Assembly: GCF_009914755.1 (NCBI RefSeq)
Contig: NC_060931.1
From: the human T2T-CHM13v2.0 reference genome, Homo sapiens
Strand: one strand, 5' to 3'
DNA: 64,000 nucleotides
Part shown: piece after piece, positions 35,236 through 48,982 of the stretch
Layout: each line of letters opens with the position of its first letter
Position numbering within the stretch: position 1 is the stretch's first letter
The notes under the pieces: generated by a model
What the model was told of the DNA's origin: nothing
Seen by the model: the letters and a program-made list of their open reading frames with translations, nothing else
The model's database searches: none
Program-made: the position numbers and the translations under genes

Positions 35236-35608
35236 TGTCTTAGTCTATTTCCCGCTACTACAACAGAATACCACAGACGCAGTAACATACAGTGAAAAGA
35301 AATTTATTTGGCTCACTCATCTGGAGACTTCCACCACATCCAAGACCAAGGGGCCACATCTGGTGAGAGCCTTCTTGCTTCATCATAACATGGCAGAAGG
35401 CATCACATGGGGGAGAGAGTTGGGGAGAAAGAGAGAGGCAATCAGGCTAAACTTGTCCTCTCATCAGAAGCCTACTCCTGAGATGATGGCATTAATCTAT
35501 TCACGAGAGTGAGCCCTCATGACCTCTTAAAGGCCCCAGCTCCCAATACATCACAATGGCAATGAAATTTCAACATGAGTTTTGGAGGGGGACATTCAAA
35601 TTGTAGCA
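35236..35608 (-). mobile_element. MaLR LTR (MST/MLT1A-type)
   Basis: tgtcttagtctatttccc...aacatggcagaaggcatcacatgg...tttcaacatgagttttggaggggggacattcaaa. Confidence 0.8.
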
Positions 35609-36593
35609 CCCAGGTATATCCGTGAGTGTCCCAAAGATACTCCATGTCTCATTGTCCTGTGGGAAATGACCTCGATGCCATGGTGGCCTCTGTATGCCAG
35701 CCATCCCAGAGATCACAAGACAGGGAAGCTCATAGATGAAGTGATGATTCTCAAATGACACGGCTTATTAAACCAATTAAAAACACAGAGCAGGAAACAA
35801 GGGTGAGTGAGCACACAGGCTAGGGTGCCCCTGGGGTGGATGGAGCACACACACCCCTGACTCCTGGGTGCACGACGTTCCCATGACCTGTTCCTCTCTG
35901 CTGCATCAGCTTTGTCACTGGTGCTGGGGCTGTGAGGACCAGAGCCAGGCAGGCAAAGGGGTTCAGCAGACGAAAATGCCCGGAGCATGCACGCACTTGC
36001 TGCAGCAGAGGGGTGCAGGGGCAGCTCTGGCTTGCCAATTAGCCTGATGAACAGCTATTAGCTTTTTTAAAGATTTAAATCCATTTGGTGCTCTATTTAG
36101 ATTATAGAAAGCATTTTCCACAGTAAGAGTTAATAGAAGTTAGCATCTGGGATGTTTAAGTAATGAATTTACTAATTTTCTTGGGCATAGGACACGTGAA
36201 GCCAGAATGTGTCACCCGTGGGTGGCCAATTTAAGATCTCATGAATATTGAGTGTGTTGAGTGCCCTGTGGGTGTTGAGTGCATCATGGATATTTGATGC
36301 CTTATCGTTTCTTCCCCCCTTCCTACCTGCCGGTGATACTCTTGTTTCATTCTTTTTAAATCTCTGTTCAACGTACGTATATTCTGTATACTCTGTGTTT
36401 ACTATGCATGTTTCACCAGCTATTTGCTTCTGTAAGTAGCTTCTGTCATGTTTTACATCAGAACCGAATATTCTTAAACCATCTGGCCAGCACACAGTAC
36501 ATGGAGACACTGGGAAAGGCTGCTGCAGGTGTTTGACCCAGACTTCATCTTCTGACATATTCTTGCCTCTCCTTCCAGTCACCACTCTTCTGG

Positions 36594-36835
36594 ATTTCCT
36601 GCTACAACAACAGAATACCACAGACGCGGTAATTTACAATGAAAAGAAGTTTACTTGGCTCACTCATCTGGAGGCTTCCATCACATCCAAGACCAAGGGG
36701 CACATCTGGTGAGGGCCTTCTTGCTTTGTTGTAACATGGCAGAAGGCATCACATGGGGGAGAGAGATGTTGGGGGAGAGAGATGGGGAGAAAGAGAGAGG
36801 AAATCAGGCCAAACTTGCCCTTTTATCAGGAGCCT
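36594..36835 (-). mobile_element. Partial copy of the 35236-35608 MaLR LTR
   Basis: Shares private sequence such as ggctcactcatctggag and cacatccaagaccaagggg. Confidence 0.75.
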
Positions 36836-37429
36836 CTTGATACCTTCCTTCTGGATACCCAGGCCTCTGCTGGTGGCCATGACCGAGGACCTCACTCCAG
36901 CATCAGGCAGGGACTACTCCTTTCCCCTTTAGCCCAGCCTCTGAAACCCAGGACAGGCCTCCCAGCTGCCATTGGAAGTGGCTACCCTTGTAGCCCACAC
37001 ACCCCAACCTGCTTGGTAGGGCCAGCTCCCTTACTAGCACAGCTTGCCGCACAGGCCAGAGACCAGCTCGCCAACCTGAAAGTGTTCCCAGCAGAGCCAA
37101 GCCAGGCTCAACAAAGACCTCCCCATTCTCAGCTCTGGGCCTGCCTCGTTTCCTGTGGGGCTAGCCATAGCCATGCCTTTTAAAGGGAACTCCAGTAGGG
37201 TGTGGTTGGCCCCTGTCCTACAAAAGAGTCCCCACAGCCCAGCAATGTCCTTCCAGGCCCTGGTTTATGCAGTCACGTTCCTGCATGGTGTCACTAACCA
37301 CCCTTCCCACGCTGTGCTGTGCAAAGGCCATCCCAGTTCTTACCTAGGTCTTTTCTTGAGTGCAAGGTAAAGAGGGCCTGCCTCACCCCTTCCTCAACCA
37401 TATTGCCTCCTATGAGCAAAGGCTTCTGT

Positions 37430-38480
<1,051 letters not shown>

Positions 38481-40529
38481 AAAAACAAACATATCTTCTG
38501 GGTTTTAGATTTTTTTAAAAAATAATCTCTGCCTCTGCAAGGGAAAGTTTTTCCCAAAATGAGTAAAGGGAGGATCAGTCAGCAGAGGCCAAGCTTCCAC
38601 CTTTGGGTTAGGCTCTTGGGTGGGTAGGCGTCCACCTACCCAGACTCCAGCAAGGTCCTTCTCTCACACCAAACAACGAAATGGCTTCCCAGGGGGCTCC
38701 ATCTCAGAACAAAGGGAAAGTTGGTCCCAGAGACAAATCCAGATTTCTGCCCTTCAAGGAAGGAGTTGCTTTTAATCCAGAAAGAACAATCTTTCCAATA
38801 TTCCCACATTTTAAGTCCAGTCTTTCTTGGACAGCCTCTTGGCATTTATTTAATATTGAGGGGCCAGTTCACCTGTGAAACCCTTTGAAGTATGATGATT
38901 ATTATTCCATTTTGCAATTTGAGAACCAAGGTTCAGAGACAGTAATTCCTATGCCCAAGGACACACAGCCAGCTGGTAATAGAGCTGATGTGCAAATCCA
39001 GGGTGCTCCCTCTGTGGTCCTTTCTGATGCGGGTCCCTTTCCAGAACTGTTGTTTGGGATTCAGGCAGAGGCTCTGGAGGGCCCTAGCCCTGACTGCCCC
39101 TCTGGCTGGGAGAGGGTTCTGGGACACAAGTGCCATGGCCCTTCGGATTCCTTGCTGAGCCCAGCCCCAGCTGCACCCTCCTTACTGCAGCCAGATGGGG
39201 TTTTTCACACCCGCTTCCATTAGAGGCTGTGTATCCTTGGCCTCAGAGCCTCAGGTGGCTCTTCTGAGAGATAGGAATAACGCCTGCTACCAAGGTAAGG
39301 CATCTTGGCACATAGCAGATGCTAGGTTAATTGTTAATATTATACCCTTTTCACTCTGGGGTGGGTGATGAGGGCTCTGGGTGCATCAGAGGTGGCCGTG
39401 CCCAGCCCCCCTCCCCCAGTAAATCTGGCCTTGAGAGTCCCCGAGGGAACATACAGGACACACGGGGGCCTCAGGGCTGGGCTGGCTCCTTGAGGCTCTT
39501 ACCATTTTCCATCTTCCCTTTCTTCACGAGCTACAATAATTTAACAACCTCGGGAGCGAAAAGATAGCTTGGGGAGCAAATGTGGACTCACTGAAATTAA
39601 AGTTAAATTGGAATAAATTAAATTAAATGGCAACTTTCCGGTGCTCATCTCTCAGGCCAAATTATTGTGCAGCGTTTCTGGCTGCAGAGGAGAGGGCTTT
39701 GGCGGTGGATTCTGGCACTTCCTGGCGGCTCCCCCAGACGCCAGAGTGTGGGGTGGCCCTGGGGAGGCAACTGCCTTTGGCAACTTCTCCTAGCTCAGGG
39801 AGGAAATAGTGGAGAGCACAGGCAGCCGGAGGCTTAAGCTGGCTGCTCCCACCTCCGCCTCTCCACGCTTCCTGCTTCCACCATGAAGCCGCTGGTACGG
39901 TGAGGCATGACCGCGCTACTGGCAATCCCCAGCCCTGGGCCCTTTGGCTTAAGGAGGTGCAACCCTGATTGGCAGCCATGGGGCTTAGAGCACCCACTAG
40001 GTTCACAATGATCGTGACCCCTTAGGCTTCTAAGGCATAAGTTATAGTTGGGGGAGGTGGGAGTCCCAGCCGCCCTGGCTGCCCCGTCTCTCCTAACCTG
40101 CCCTGCCCTGCACACTTCAGGCCAAAGCAAACCAGATTCCAGGGCAGGCTGGGGCTCATGGGCTGTACTTCCTTCAGCTTCCCATCCAATTCCCCCAGGG
40201 TTCAAAGAAGAAAATTCGCCACAAGCACAGAATTCTTTCAAGTCCCAGTTTTTAAATTCATGTGCACGCTGCCTTCTGCTCGGTAATGTATTCATGTTGA
40301 TTTTAATGTGTAATGTTTGACACTATTTACCAGTGAGTAAAACCGACATGCCTGGAGGCTGTGCCCCTTTATCCTGGATCTTCCGGGAGGCCCTGGCATG
40401 AGGCCTGACAGCCCCTGGGTAAGAATGAACCACAGGGTCTGTCTGCCCTTCTCCCCCACACCCCGTCCCCCCCAATGCCCCCCCACCCCCCGGCCGGCTC
40501 CCAGGCTGGACTCCCTAGAAGGTAGGAAA

Positions 40530-40893
40530 ATCCCAAATTTACAACAACGTGTGTGAACCTTGAGGACAGTGTGCTAAGTGAAATAAGCTGGTCACAAAAG
40601 AACAAACACTGTGGGATTCCACTCAGATGAGGTGCTTAGATTAGTGAAATTCACAGACAAGGAAAGTAGAATTGTGCTTGCCAGGGGCCGGGGTCTGGAG
40701 AGGAACGGGGACGTAGTGTTTAACAGGTGTAGAGTTTCAGTTTTGCAAGATGAAAAACAGTTGTGGAGGTGGAGGGTGGTGATGGTTGCACAACATGAAT
40801 TACTTAATGCCACGGGAACTGCACGCTTGGAAGTGGTTGAGATGGCACATTTTACATTACATATCTTGTACCACAATTTAAGAAACAAACAAA
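40530..40893 (+). mobile_element. L1MB-type 3' end
   Basis: gaaccttgaggacagtgtgctaagtgaaataagc...gagtttcagttttgcaagatgaaaa...tacttaatgccac. Confidence 0.85.
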
Positions 40894-41824
40894 CAAGGCC
40901 ATCAAGGGGCAGAGGTGGCCTGGCGTGTTTACCCACCCAGGGTCTCACTGCGGGGCAGGGCCAAGGTCAGGGTCAGGGGCTGACCCTCCTATTCTTGAAG
41001 AAGATCCCGGACCTGCCCTGCTTTCTAAGGAGGTGGCGGCAGATGCAGTAGATGTGGCTCTCTAGCCACCTGGGTTGTCCCCAACATCGGGGCTGGAAGA
41101 AGCCCTGGAGAACAGTCATTCCAATCTCTGCATTTTACTGATGAGGAAACTGAGGCCAGGAAGGGGGAGCTACCTCTCGAAGTCACACAGACAGCGATGG
41201 CCAGCTTAGAGGGCTTATTTCTCTCTTCTGGTGACCCAGCAGCTATGAAAGGCCAGAGTAGGTCACGGAAAGCCCTTCCTCGCAGCACCAGCCCCTTGTC
41301 ACTGACCTCTGGCCCCTCTTCTAAAAGAGCACCAGTAACCTTTGCCGCTCCTCAGGCTGCAAGCCGGCTGATTAATTAACTAACCCTTGTTAAGGGCTCA
41401 GGCACAGGCTAATGGGCAGTAGGTATTCTCATTATTATTTTTAATCAGACTATGCAATTTTATAGCTCCCGTCACCCAAGGCTATTGCGTGTCTCTGTGT
41501 CTCTGGAAGTTAATTAAGACTGCCAGGGATGGGCTCACAGAGGGATAGGAGGCCCAGGGCTGGGCTGCGGGAGAGCGCAGAGATACTGATTCCCTCAGGG
41601 CCCCACTTAAGGGGGAGATGTGAGAGGGTTGGCAGAGGGCAGGTCAACCTGTGCTGAGCCCCAGGGTCACCTGACGGAGCCCACCCCAGGGAGGCAGGAA
41701 ATGAGCTGCAGCACTCATAGCGGCCCCAGGTTCCAGTCTCTGGCTCTCTTTCACAGAGAGCATCTGGGCTACATGAGCTTAGGAAACTGCGCTCCTGCAG
41801 GGCACCCCAGTGGCTGGGTAGCCT

Positions 41825-42113
41825 TGCTCTGGCTCTGTCATCCAGGCTGGAGTGCAGTGGCCCCATCAGGGTTCACTGCAGCCTCCGCCTCCTGGGCTCA
41901 GCTTTCCAAATAGCTAGGATTACAGGAAAGCACCACCATGCCCAGCTAATACTGATTGATTGATTGATTGAGACAAGGTCTTGCTCTATCACCCAGGCTA
42001 AAGTGCACTGGTGCAATTATAGCACGCTGCCACCTCAAACTCCTGGGCTCAAGAGGTCCTCCCACCTCAGCCTCCCAAAGAGCTGGGAATACAAGCATGA
42101 GCCACCGTGCCCA
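41825..42113 (-). mobile_element. AluJ fragments separated by (TGAT)n
   Basis: Two antisense Alu arm fragments. Confidence 0.75.
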
Positions 42114-42399
42114 GTCTGTGGAGCCTCTTAGAACATGCCTTATCACATCACACTTCTCTAAAGATCACGCTTCATAGCTCTTCCTACTCTGGGATCAGAA
42201 AGATCCAGACTTTCCATGAAGGGAGAGCTGGAAGGAGCCTTTTATGAAGACAGCAAAAGGATTCACTGAAAACTACAGGAATGAGACCGCTATATGGTTT
42301 GCTATTAACCAAACACAATTATTCACAACAAACTATGGACAATATATAAATTAGCCTGATATAAATTTATGTTTTTTATGATTTGAAGTTTGAATTCAT

Positions 42400-42674
42400 T
42401 TCAATTACAAGTTAATATATCAATACTTGAATCTATTCACCTTTAAAATTATCAAAAATAAATCTAAAGTCTCCATTAACCCAACAGTTTTGCCCCTCTC
42501 CTATCTCCAGAGGTAGACCACTATTATGATTTTGGTGTGGATCCAAGAGATTAAAAAATTTTTTGAAATTCATTAGATATACCCACAGAAAATAGATAGT
42601 ATTGTTTGGGGTATGTGTTTTTTAAATAATATAAATGGTATGCATATTCTGCAACTGTTTTTTTTTTACTTAAC

Positions 42675-42708
<34 letters not shown>

Positions 42709-44680
42709 TCTTAGATTTGAAGATTTTAGATAGATTTAAACCAGGTCCATTCCTTTTGGAATGAGGTGCAGCAGAGTCTTCTGTCCTAAAAATATATCAC
42801 ATTTTGCTTATCCATTCCACAACTTTGCTATTTCAAAAATACTTCAATGATCATTCCTGGGCATGGTTCCCCATACACGTGTGAGTATTTATTTAGTGCT
42901 GACACACAGAAGCATAATCACTAGGTTATAGGAAATGCACATTTTCTGCTTTGAGTAGATACGATCAAATCACTCTCAAGAGTGGCTAAGATTCACACCC
43001 TTCCCCCAGCGGTTATATGAGCATGCTCATTTCCACACGCCTCAGTAGCACTTGATGTTAATAAAGTATTTTTTGTCAAGCTGATGATTAAAAATAGTAT
43101 CTCCTAGGAGTTTTGATTTGCATTTTCTTCATCACTCTTGGGGTTGAGCATCTTTTCATGTGTTTATTGGCCATTTATATTTTCTCTTTTGTGAATTACA
43201 CATTAATATCCTGCTCATTTCTTTTCTCTTGGGTCATTTTTCTTTTTCCTATTGATTTGTAAATGCTCTACAAATGATGAATTTCAATTCCTTTTCTGTA
43301 CACTTAAAATGTTTGTCACCAGTCACCAGTTAAAAGGCAATGTTGATTGCCTTTTAAATGTGTTTATAGTATTTTGTACCTTGTACAAATTTTTAATTTT
43401 GATTTGTAAAATTTTCTTTATGATTTTTAGACTTTGTGTCTTGTTTAAATACGCCCTCTTGGCTGGGCACAGTGGCTTACTCCTGTAATCCCAGCACTTT
43501 GGGAGAACCAGGCAGGCGGATCACCTTAGGTCAGGAGTTCAAGACCAGCCTGACCAACGTGGTGAAAGCTACTAAAAATGCAAAAATTAGCTTGGTGTGG
43601 AACATTTCTGTAATCCTAGCTACTCAGGAGGCTGAGGCAGGAGAATTGCTTGAACGTGGGAGGCAGAGGTTGCAGTGAGCCAAGATCACACCACTGCACT
43701 CCAGCCTGGGTGACAAAGTGAGACTCCATCTCAAAAATAAATAAATAAATAAATAAATAAGCCCTCTCTACCCCAAAGTGAAAAAAGATGGTCTTCTTAA
43801 TTTATTCTAATAATTTTAAAGTGCTTCTTTTTTACATTTAGATCTTTAATTCATCTGGAGTATACTTTTGTGGCAATAATGTCTCAGAAATAACTACATT
43901 TCCTAGTCTCCTTTGAAGCTAGGGACTCCCATGTGACCTAGCTCTGGCCTAGAAAAAGCAAGAAGTCTATGGGGGAATTTCTGGGAAAGTTTTTCTGCTA
44001 TAGGCACTGCCCCTTCCTTTTCCCAATTTCCCTCTTTCACTTCCTGGAATGTCGGTGTGTTATTCTTCAGTAAGAATTTCAGAATTTGTGTGTCAAGTGT
44101 CATGAAAAATCTTATTGAAAGTTTTATTGGGCTTTGTATCAGCTTTTAGTAACAGAGGCAAACAGATACTTAATATAATAGGATTTTAAATTTTGCATAA
44201 CAGGTAAATCCAAAGGGATGCAGACCAGAGCTAATGCAGAGACCCCATGGTGTCCACAAGAAACTGAGCTTCTTTCTTTTTTCTCTACTTTTGTCAGTAT
44301 TTGGCTTTTATCTTCTTGGACCCAATATATACTGGGCACAGCATCTTAACAGCAATATAAACTCGAAAAAGAACCTAATAAAAAATGTACAAGACCTATA
44401 ATGGAGCCTTCCCATCCATGAACATGGTATCGTTTCTATTTATTCAACTCTTTTCTTGCATATTCTTCTGGAACAACCCTACTTGGTCATTGATTGATTA
44501 GTAATTCTGTATTTGTGTGTATAAGTGGAAGTGGCTGTAGTTTTCCCTCTTGTGCTGTCCATGTCGACTTTCAGGATCACAGTGATCCTATTATCAGAAA
44601 ATTAGATTAAGACTTTCCCATCTCTTTTCTGTATAAACTGGAAGTTTATCCAAAATGAGTATTATGTAATAATTTAAAAG
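42400..44680 (-). mobile_element. Old L1M fragments with AluS (+, 43461-43760, (TAAA)n tail) and an MLT1J-like piece (~43870-44050)
   Basis: gttgagcatcttttcatgtgtttattggccattt and tttagatctttaattcatctggag are L1 antisense hallmarks; T-run at 42677-42704. Confidence 0.7.
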
Positions 44681-44685
44681 TTGGG

Positions 44686-44990
44686 GCCAGGCATAGTGGC
44701 TCACAACTATGATTGCAACACTTTGAGAGACCAAGGCAGGAGGATTGCTTGAGGGGCCGGGAGTTCAAGACCAGCCTGGGCAACAGAGCAAGACCCTGCC
44801 TCTAAAATAAATAAATAGGCCAGGTGTGGTGGCTCACACCTGTAATCCCAGCACTTTGGGAGGCTGAGGCAGGAGAATCATTGGAGCCTAGGAGTTCAAT
44901 CCCACTCTGGGCAACAAAGCAAGAACCCATCTCTAAAAATATTTTTTTAATCTAAAATAAATCAATAGATAAATAAATAAATAAAAAAGC
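44686..44990 (+). mobile_element. Two tandem Alu monomers (FLAM/AluJ-like)
   Basis: Two left-arm-like units, each with an A-rich tail. Confidence 0.75.
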
Positions 44991-45030
44991 TTCATAGAAC
45001 TCACCTTAATATACCCTCTGGGTCTGGTAC

Positions 45031-45703
45031 TGTCTTAGTTGGGCAGCTATTATAAAATACCATAAACTGGGTAGCTTATAAACAACAGAAATTTATTTCT
45101 CATCATTCTAGAGGCTGGGAAGTCCAAGATCGAGGCACCAGTAGATGAAGGGTCTGCTTCCTCATAAATAGCACCTTCTATGAGGTGGAATAGAAGCAAA
45201 CTAGCTTCTCACATGGTGGACGGAAGAAGCTAGTTCTCTGGGATATCTAATGCCATTCATGAGAGCTCCACTCCTGTGACTTAATTACTTCCCAAAGGCC
45301 CCCTTCTTTTTTTTTTTTTTTTTTTTTTTTCTTTTTTGAGACGGAGTTTTGCTCTTGTTGCCAGGCTGGAGTGCAATGGTGTGATCTGGCTCACTGCAAC
45401 CTCCGCCCCCCAGGTTCAAGTGATTCTCCTGCCTCAGCCTCCTGAGTAGCTAGGATTACAGGCATGTGCCACCATGCCCAGCTAATTTTGTATTTTTAGT
45501 AGAGACGGGGTTTATCTATGTTGATCAGGCTAGTCTCGAACTCCCGACCTCAGGTGATCCACCTGAGTCAGCCTCCCAAAGTGCTGGGATTACAGGTGTG
45601 AGCCACTGCACCTGGCCCAGGTCCCCCTCTTAATACCATCATGTTGGGGGTTCAGATTTCAACATACGAATTTTCGGAGAGACAAAAGCAGTCTGTCTAT
45701 TGC
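45031..45703 (-). mobile_element. MLT1A-type LTR interrupted by AluSp/Sq (-, ~45306-45619)
   Basis: tgtcttagtt...aaacaacagaaatttatttctca...gaagtccaagatc; Alu with gctcttgttgcc. Confidence 0.8.
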
Positions 45704-46157
45704 AGGTACTTTTCGAATTTGGTCACTGACCACAATTTCGGATTTTTCCATGTTTCTTAGCTTATTCAGGTATTTTACTTCTTCTTGAGTCTATTTTTAA
45801 ATTTATTTTTGTGTAGGTTTTCACATTTATTAGTAGAAAATTATAGATTCTTTATATTTTACTAGTCACTTTTGTCTGTGGATATAATCATTTTTGATTC
45901 CCGATGCTGTTTGTTCAGCCTTCTCATTTTTCTCTTTATTTTACTTATCCAAGGTTTGTCTGCATTGATAATGTTTTAAAGAACCATGTTTTATTTTTGT
46001 TCAGCAACTCTTCTACTGTTTTTCTTTCCTTAAATCTTGCTTTTATCATTATTCTTTCTACTTTTTTCATTACGTTGTTCTTTTTCTAGCTTCTTAATTT
46101 AAAAGCACAGCTTATTTCTTTTCAGTCTTTCTGATTTTCTAATAAATGTATTAAGAC

Positions 46158-46807
46158 TAACTTTCTCTCTGAGTACAATTTTGGCTACCTCCTGCAAGTT
46201 ATGTAGTGCTCTCATTTTTATTCAGTTATAAATCATTTACAATTTTCATTTTTGCCTTTTTCTTAACAAAAGTTATTTAGAGATTGTAATTCTTGCCATC
46301 TTAAAATCCATTTTGGTTGATATTAACATTGCTAATTCTGGCTTTCTTTTGAATAGATCTAATTGTATCAATCTCACTTAAGATTTTGTAGGTACAGGTT
46401 GAATATCATTTATCCAAAATGCTTGGGACCCGAAGTGTTTCTGATTTCAGACGTTTTTGGATTTTGGAATATCTGCATACACAAAAGGAGCTATCTTGGG
46501 GATGGGACCCAAGTCTAAATATGAAATTCATTTTTTTTCATATACACCTTATGCACATAGCCTGAAGGTAATAACTTTTTCTCTGAGTACAACTTTGGCT
46601 ACCTCCTATAAGTTATGTAGTGCTCTCATTTTTATTCAGTTATAAATCATTTATAATTTTCATTTTTACCTTTTTCTTAACAAAAGTTATTTAGAGGTTG
46701 TAATTCTTGCCATCTTGAAATCCATTTTTGTTGATATTAACATTGCTAATTCCGGCTTTCTTTTGAATAGACCTAATTGCATCAATCTCACTTATGTTTT
46801 TGTAGGT
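46158..46807 (+). repeat. 236-bp direct duplication (46158-46393 / 46572-46807)
   Basis: Hand alignment is ungapped, with about 14 mismatches. Confidence 0.92.
46395..46571 (+). mobile_element. Tigger4/MER46 (Zombi) 5' fragment
   Basis: TA followed by CAGGTTGAATATCATTTATCCAAAATGCTTGGGACC...; no second terminal inverted repeat seen. Confidence 0.75.
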
Positions 46808-46881
46808 CCCCTGTTCCTCTCAACTTGTAGGGCTGTGGAATGGACCTATTTGCTACCTAAGCTCTCATATGCATTGTCTCC

Positions 46882-47250
46882 TGATATGGTTTGGCTTTGT
46901 GTCCCCACCCAAACCTCATCTCGAATTGTAATCCCCAGGTGTTGAGGAAGGGTCCTAGTGGGAGGATCTGATGATTGGATCATGGGGGCAGTTTCTTCCG
47001 TGCTGTTCTCATAAGAGCGAGTGAGTTCCCACGAGATCTGGTGGTTTTATAAGAGGCTCTTCCTCCTTTGCTGTGTCTCCTGCCACCTTGTGAAAAAGCT
47101 GCTTGCTTCCCCTTTGCCTTCCGCCATGATTGTAAGTTTCCTGAGGCCTCCCGAGCCATATGGAACTGTGAGTCAATTAAACCTCTTTCCTTTATGAATT
47201 ACGTAGTCTCAGGGAAGTTCTTTATACCAGTGTGAAAATGGACTAATACA
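46882..47250 (+). mobile_element. THE1/MST solo LTR
   Basis: TGATATGGTTTGG...GACTAATACA; 5-bp TSD TCTCC at 46877-46881 and 47251-47255. Confidence 0.92.
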
Positions 47251-47298
47251 TCTCCCCTGAGACAAATACCCAAATTCTTGCTGCCTGACCCAAAGTGC

Positions 47299-47342
47299 TG
47301 TGTGTGTGTGTGTGTGTGTGCATGTGTGTGTGCGCATGTGTG
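47299..47342. repeat. Imperfect (TG)n
   Basis: Read directly. Confidence 0.9.
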
Positions 47343-47779
47343 CACTCGCATTCTGGCAGCTTCAACCAATCTCCGGTCAGGGGTTCCTGGGTCTTTCCCT
47401 CCCAGAATCCACCTCTGGTCCTGAAGCTCCTTCTGGTACTGGGAGACATCCCAGGATATGTTTCTAACTGTGTTGACTCAACTTGTCTTTTCAATATCTA
47501 GATTCAAGTCTTCTCTTATTTCAGGAAGTTTTTTTTCAATTATATTTTAAATATCTTTTTCAGTCTCATTGTTTCGGTTTTCTCCTCTGGGGATTATAAT
47601 TATGCAATGTTTGCCTATCTTATACATCTGTCATTTTCTCTCTAGTTTAAAAAACCACTTTATTTGTTTTATTTTCTCATTTAAGGGTGTCTGTTCTCCT
47701 TTGTATTCTTTGTCCTTGAGTCTTAAGTTCTGAAATGATTTTTGTCATTTCTATTATGGGAACTGGAAGTGGGATTTAC

Positions 47780-48400
47780 ATTTTAACAGGATCATTCTGG
47801 CTGCTATGTGGTGAATGGAGCATTTGGGAGCAAGAGAGAAACCAGGGAGGCCGGGTAGGAGACTCTCACAGATGCCCTAGGAAAATGTGGTTGCTTGGAC
47901 TGGAGGGTAATGATGAATATTGTGAGAAGTAGTGATTTGGGGATGTGTTTTGAAGGTATGACTGCAAGAATATGCCATTGAATTAGATATAAGATTTAGA
48001 GAGAGAAATCAAGCAATTGGGACACTAGATGGAAGAAGCTGTCATTTTCTTTAATGGGAAACACTGGGGAAGGAGCAGCTTTGAGAGAAAAAGTGGAGTT
48101 TGGTTTTGGATATGTTAACTTTGGGTTACCTATTAGACATGCAATTAGAGAAGGCAATTGGATGTTTGAGTCTGGAGTCAGGGTGGAGGTTAGGGCTGGA
48201 GATAATTCAGAAGTCCTCAGCATATGATATTTAAATCCCTGGACTGGAAGAGGTCACTTCGAAAGTGAGGTAGGAGAGAGAGGAGAAGAGGTCTGAGCAT
48301 GAGTCCTGGAGCTTTTCAGTACCTCAAGGTTATGAAGATGAGGAGGATCCAGCACAGAAGACTTAGAAGGAACAGCCAGCAGAGTAGACACAGCAGGGGA
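47780..48400 (-). mobile_element. L2
   Basis: ggatcattctggctgctatgtgg...gagtttggttttggatatgttaactttg...gggctggagataattcag. Confidence 0.75.
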
Positions 48401-48799
48401 GGGTAGACAGCTGCACCCAGGGCTGCTGCAGGACAAGGAGGCAGGACTGGGAGAATGGGCCGTGGGAAAGTGGTTGGTGAACTTGTATTGTTTCCTGATT
48501 TGAGGGGATTCAAGAAAAAAATGAATCTTCCCCTTCTGCCTCCCCTCCTCTTCCCTTCCCTCCTTCCTCCTTTTCTCCCTGAATTATTCAGTCCAAAAGC
48601 CACTGGGTAGGGCTGGTTCAGGCAGGTACCTATGGCTAGGAGTTGGGTGGGGCAGCCTGGTACTGGGTGTTGGAGCATGAGTGGGTAAAGAGGGCATCTG
48701 TGTTTGTGTGCGATGGCAGCATCAGTAGATTGGTCACAGACGGAGATTGGTCAAAAAGCTAGTATAGTGAGGAGAGTAGGGGTTGTGCTTCTCACTGGT

Positions 48800-48938
48800 G
48801 GGAAAAAAAGAGTTATAAATACCAACAGTGGAAAATTAGAGAGAATTCTACAATGTTAAACTGGAATTGGACGCAGCAGTATAAACTAATGGCTACACAC
48901 ACACACACAGACACACACACACACACACACACACACAG

Positions 48939-48982
<44 letters not shown>

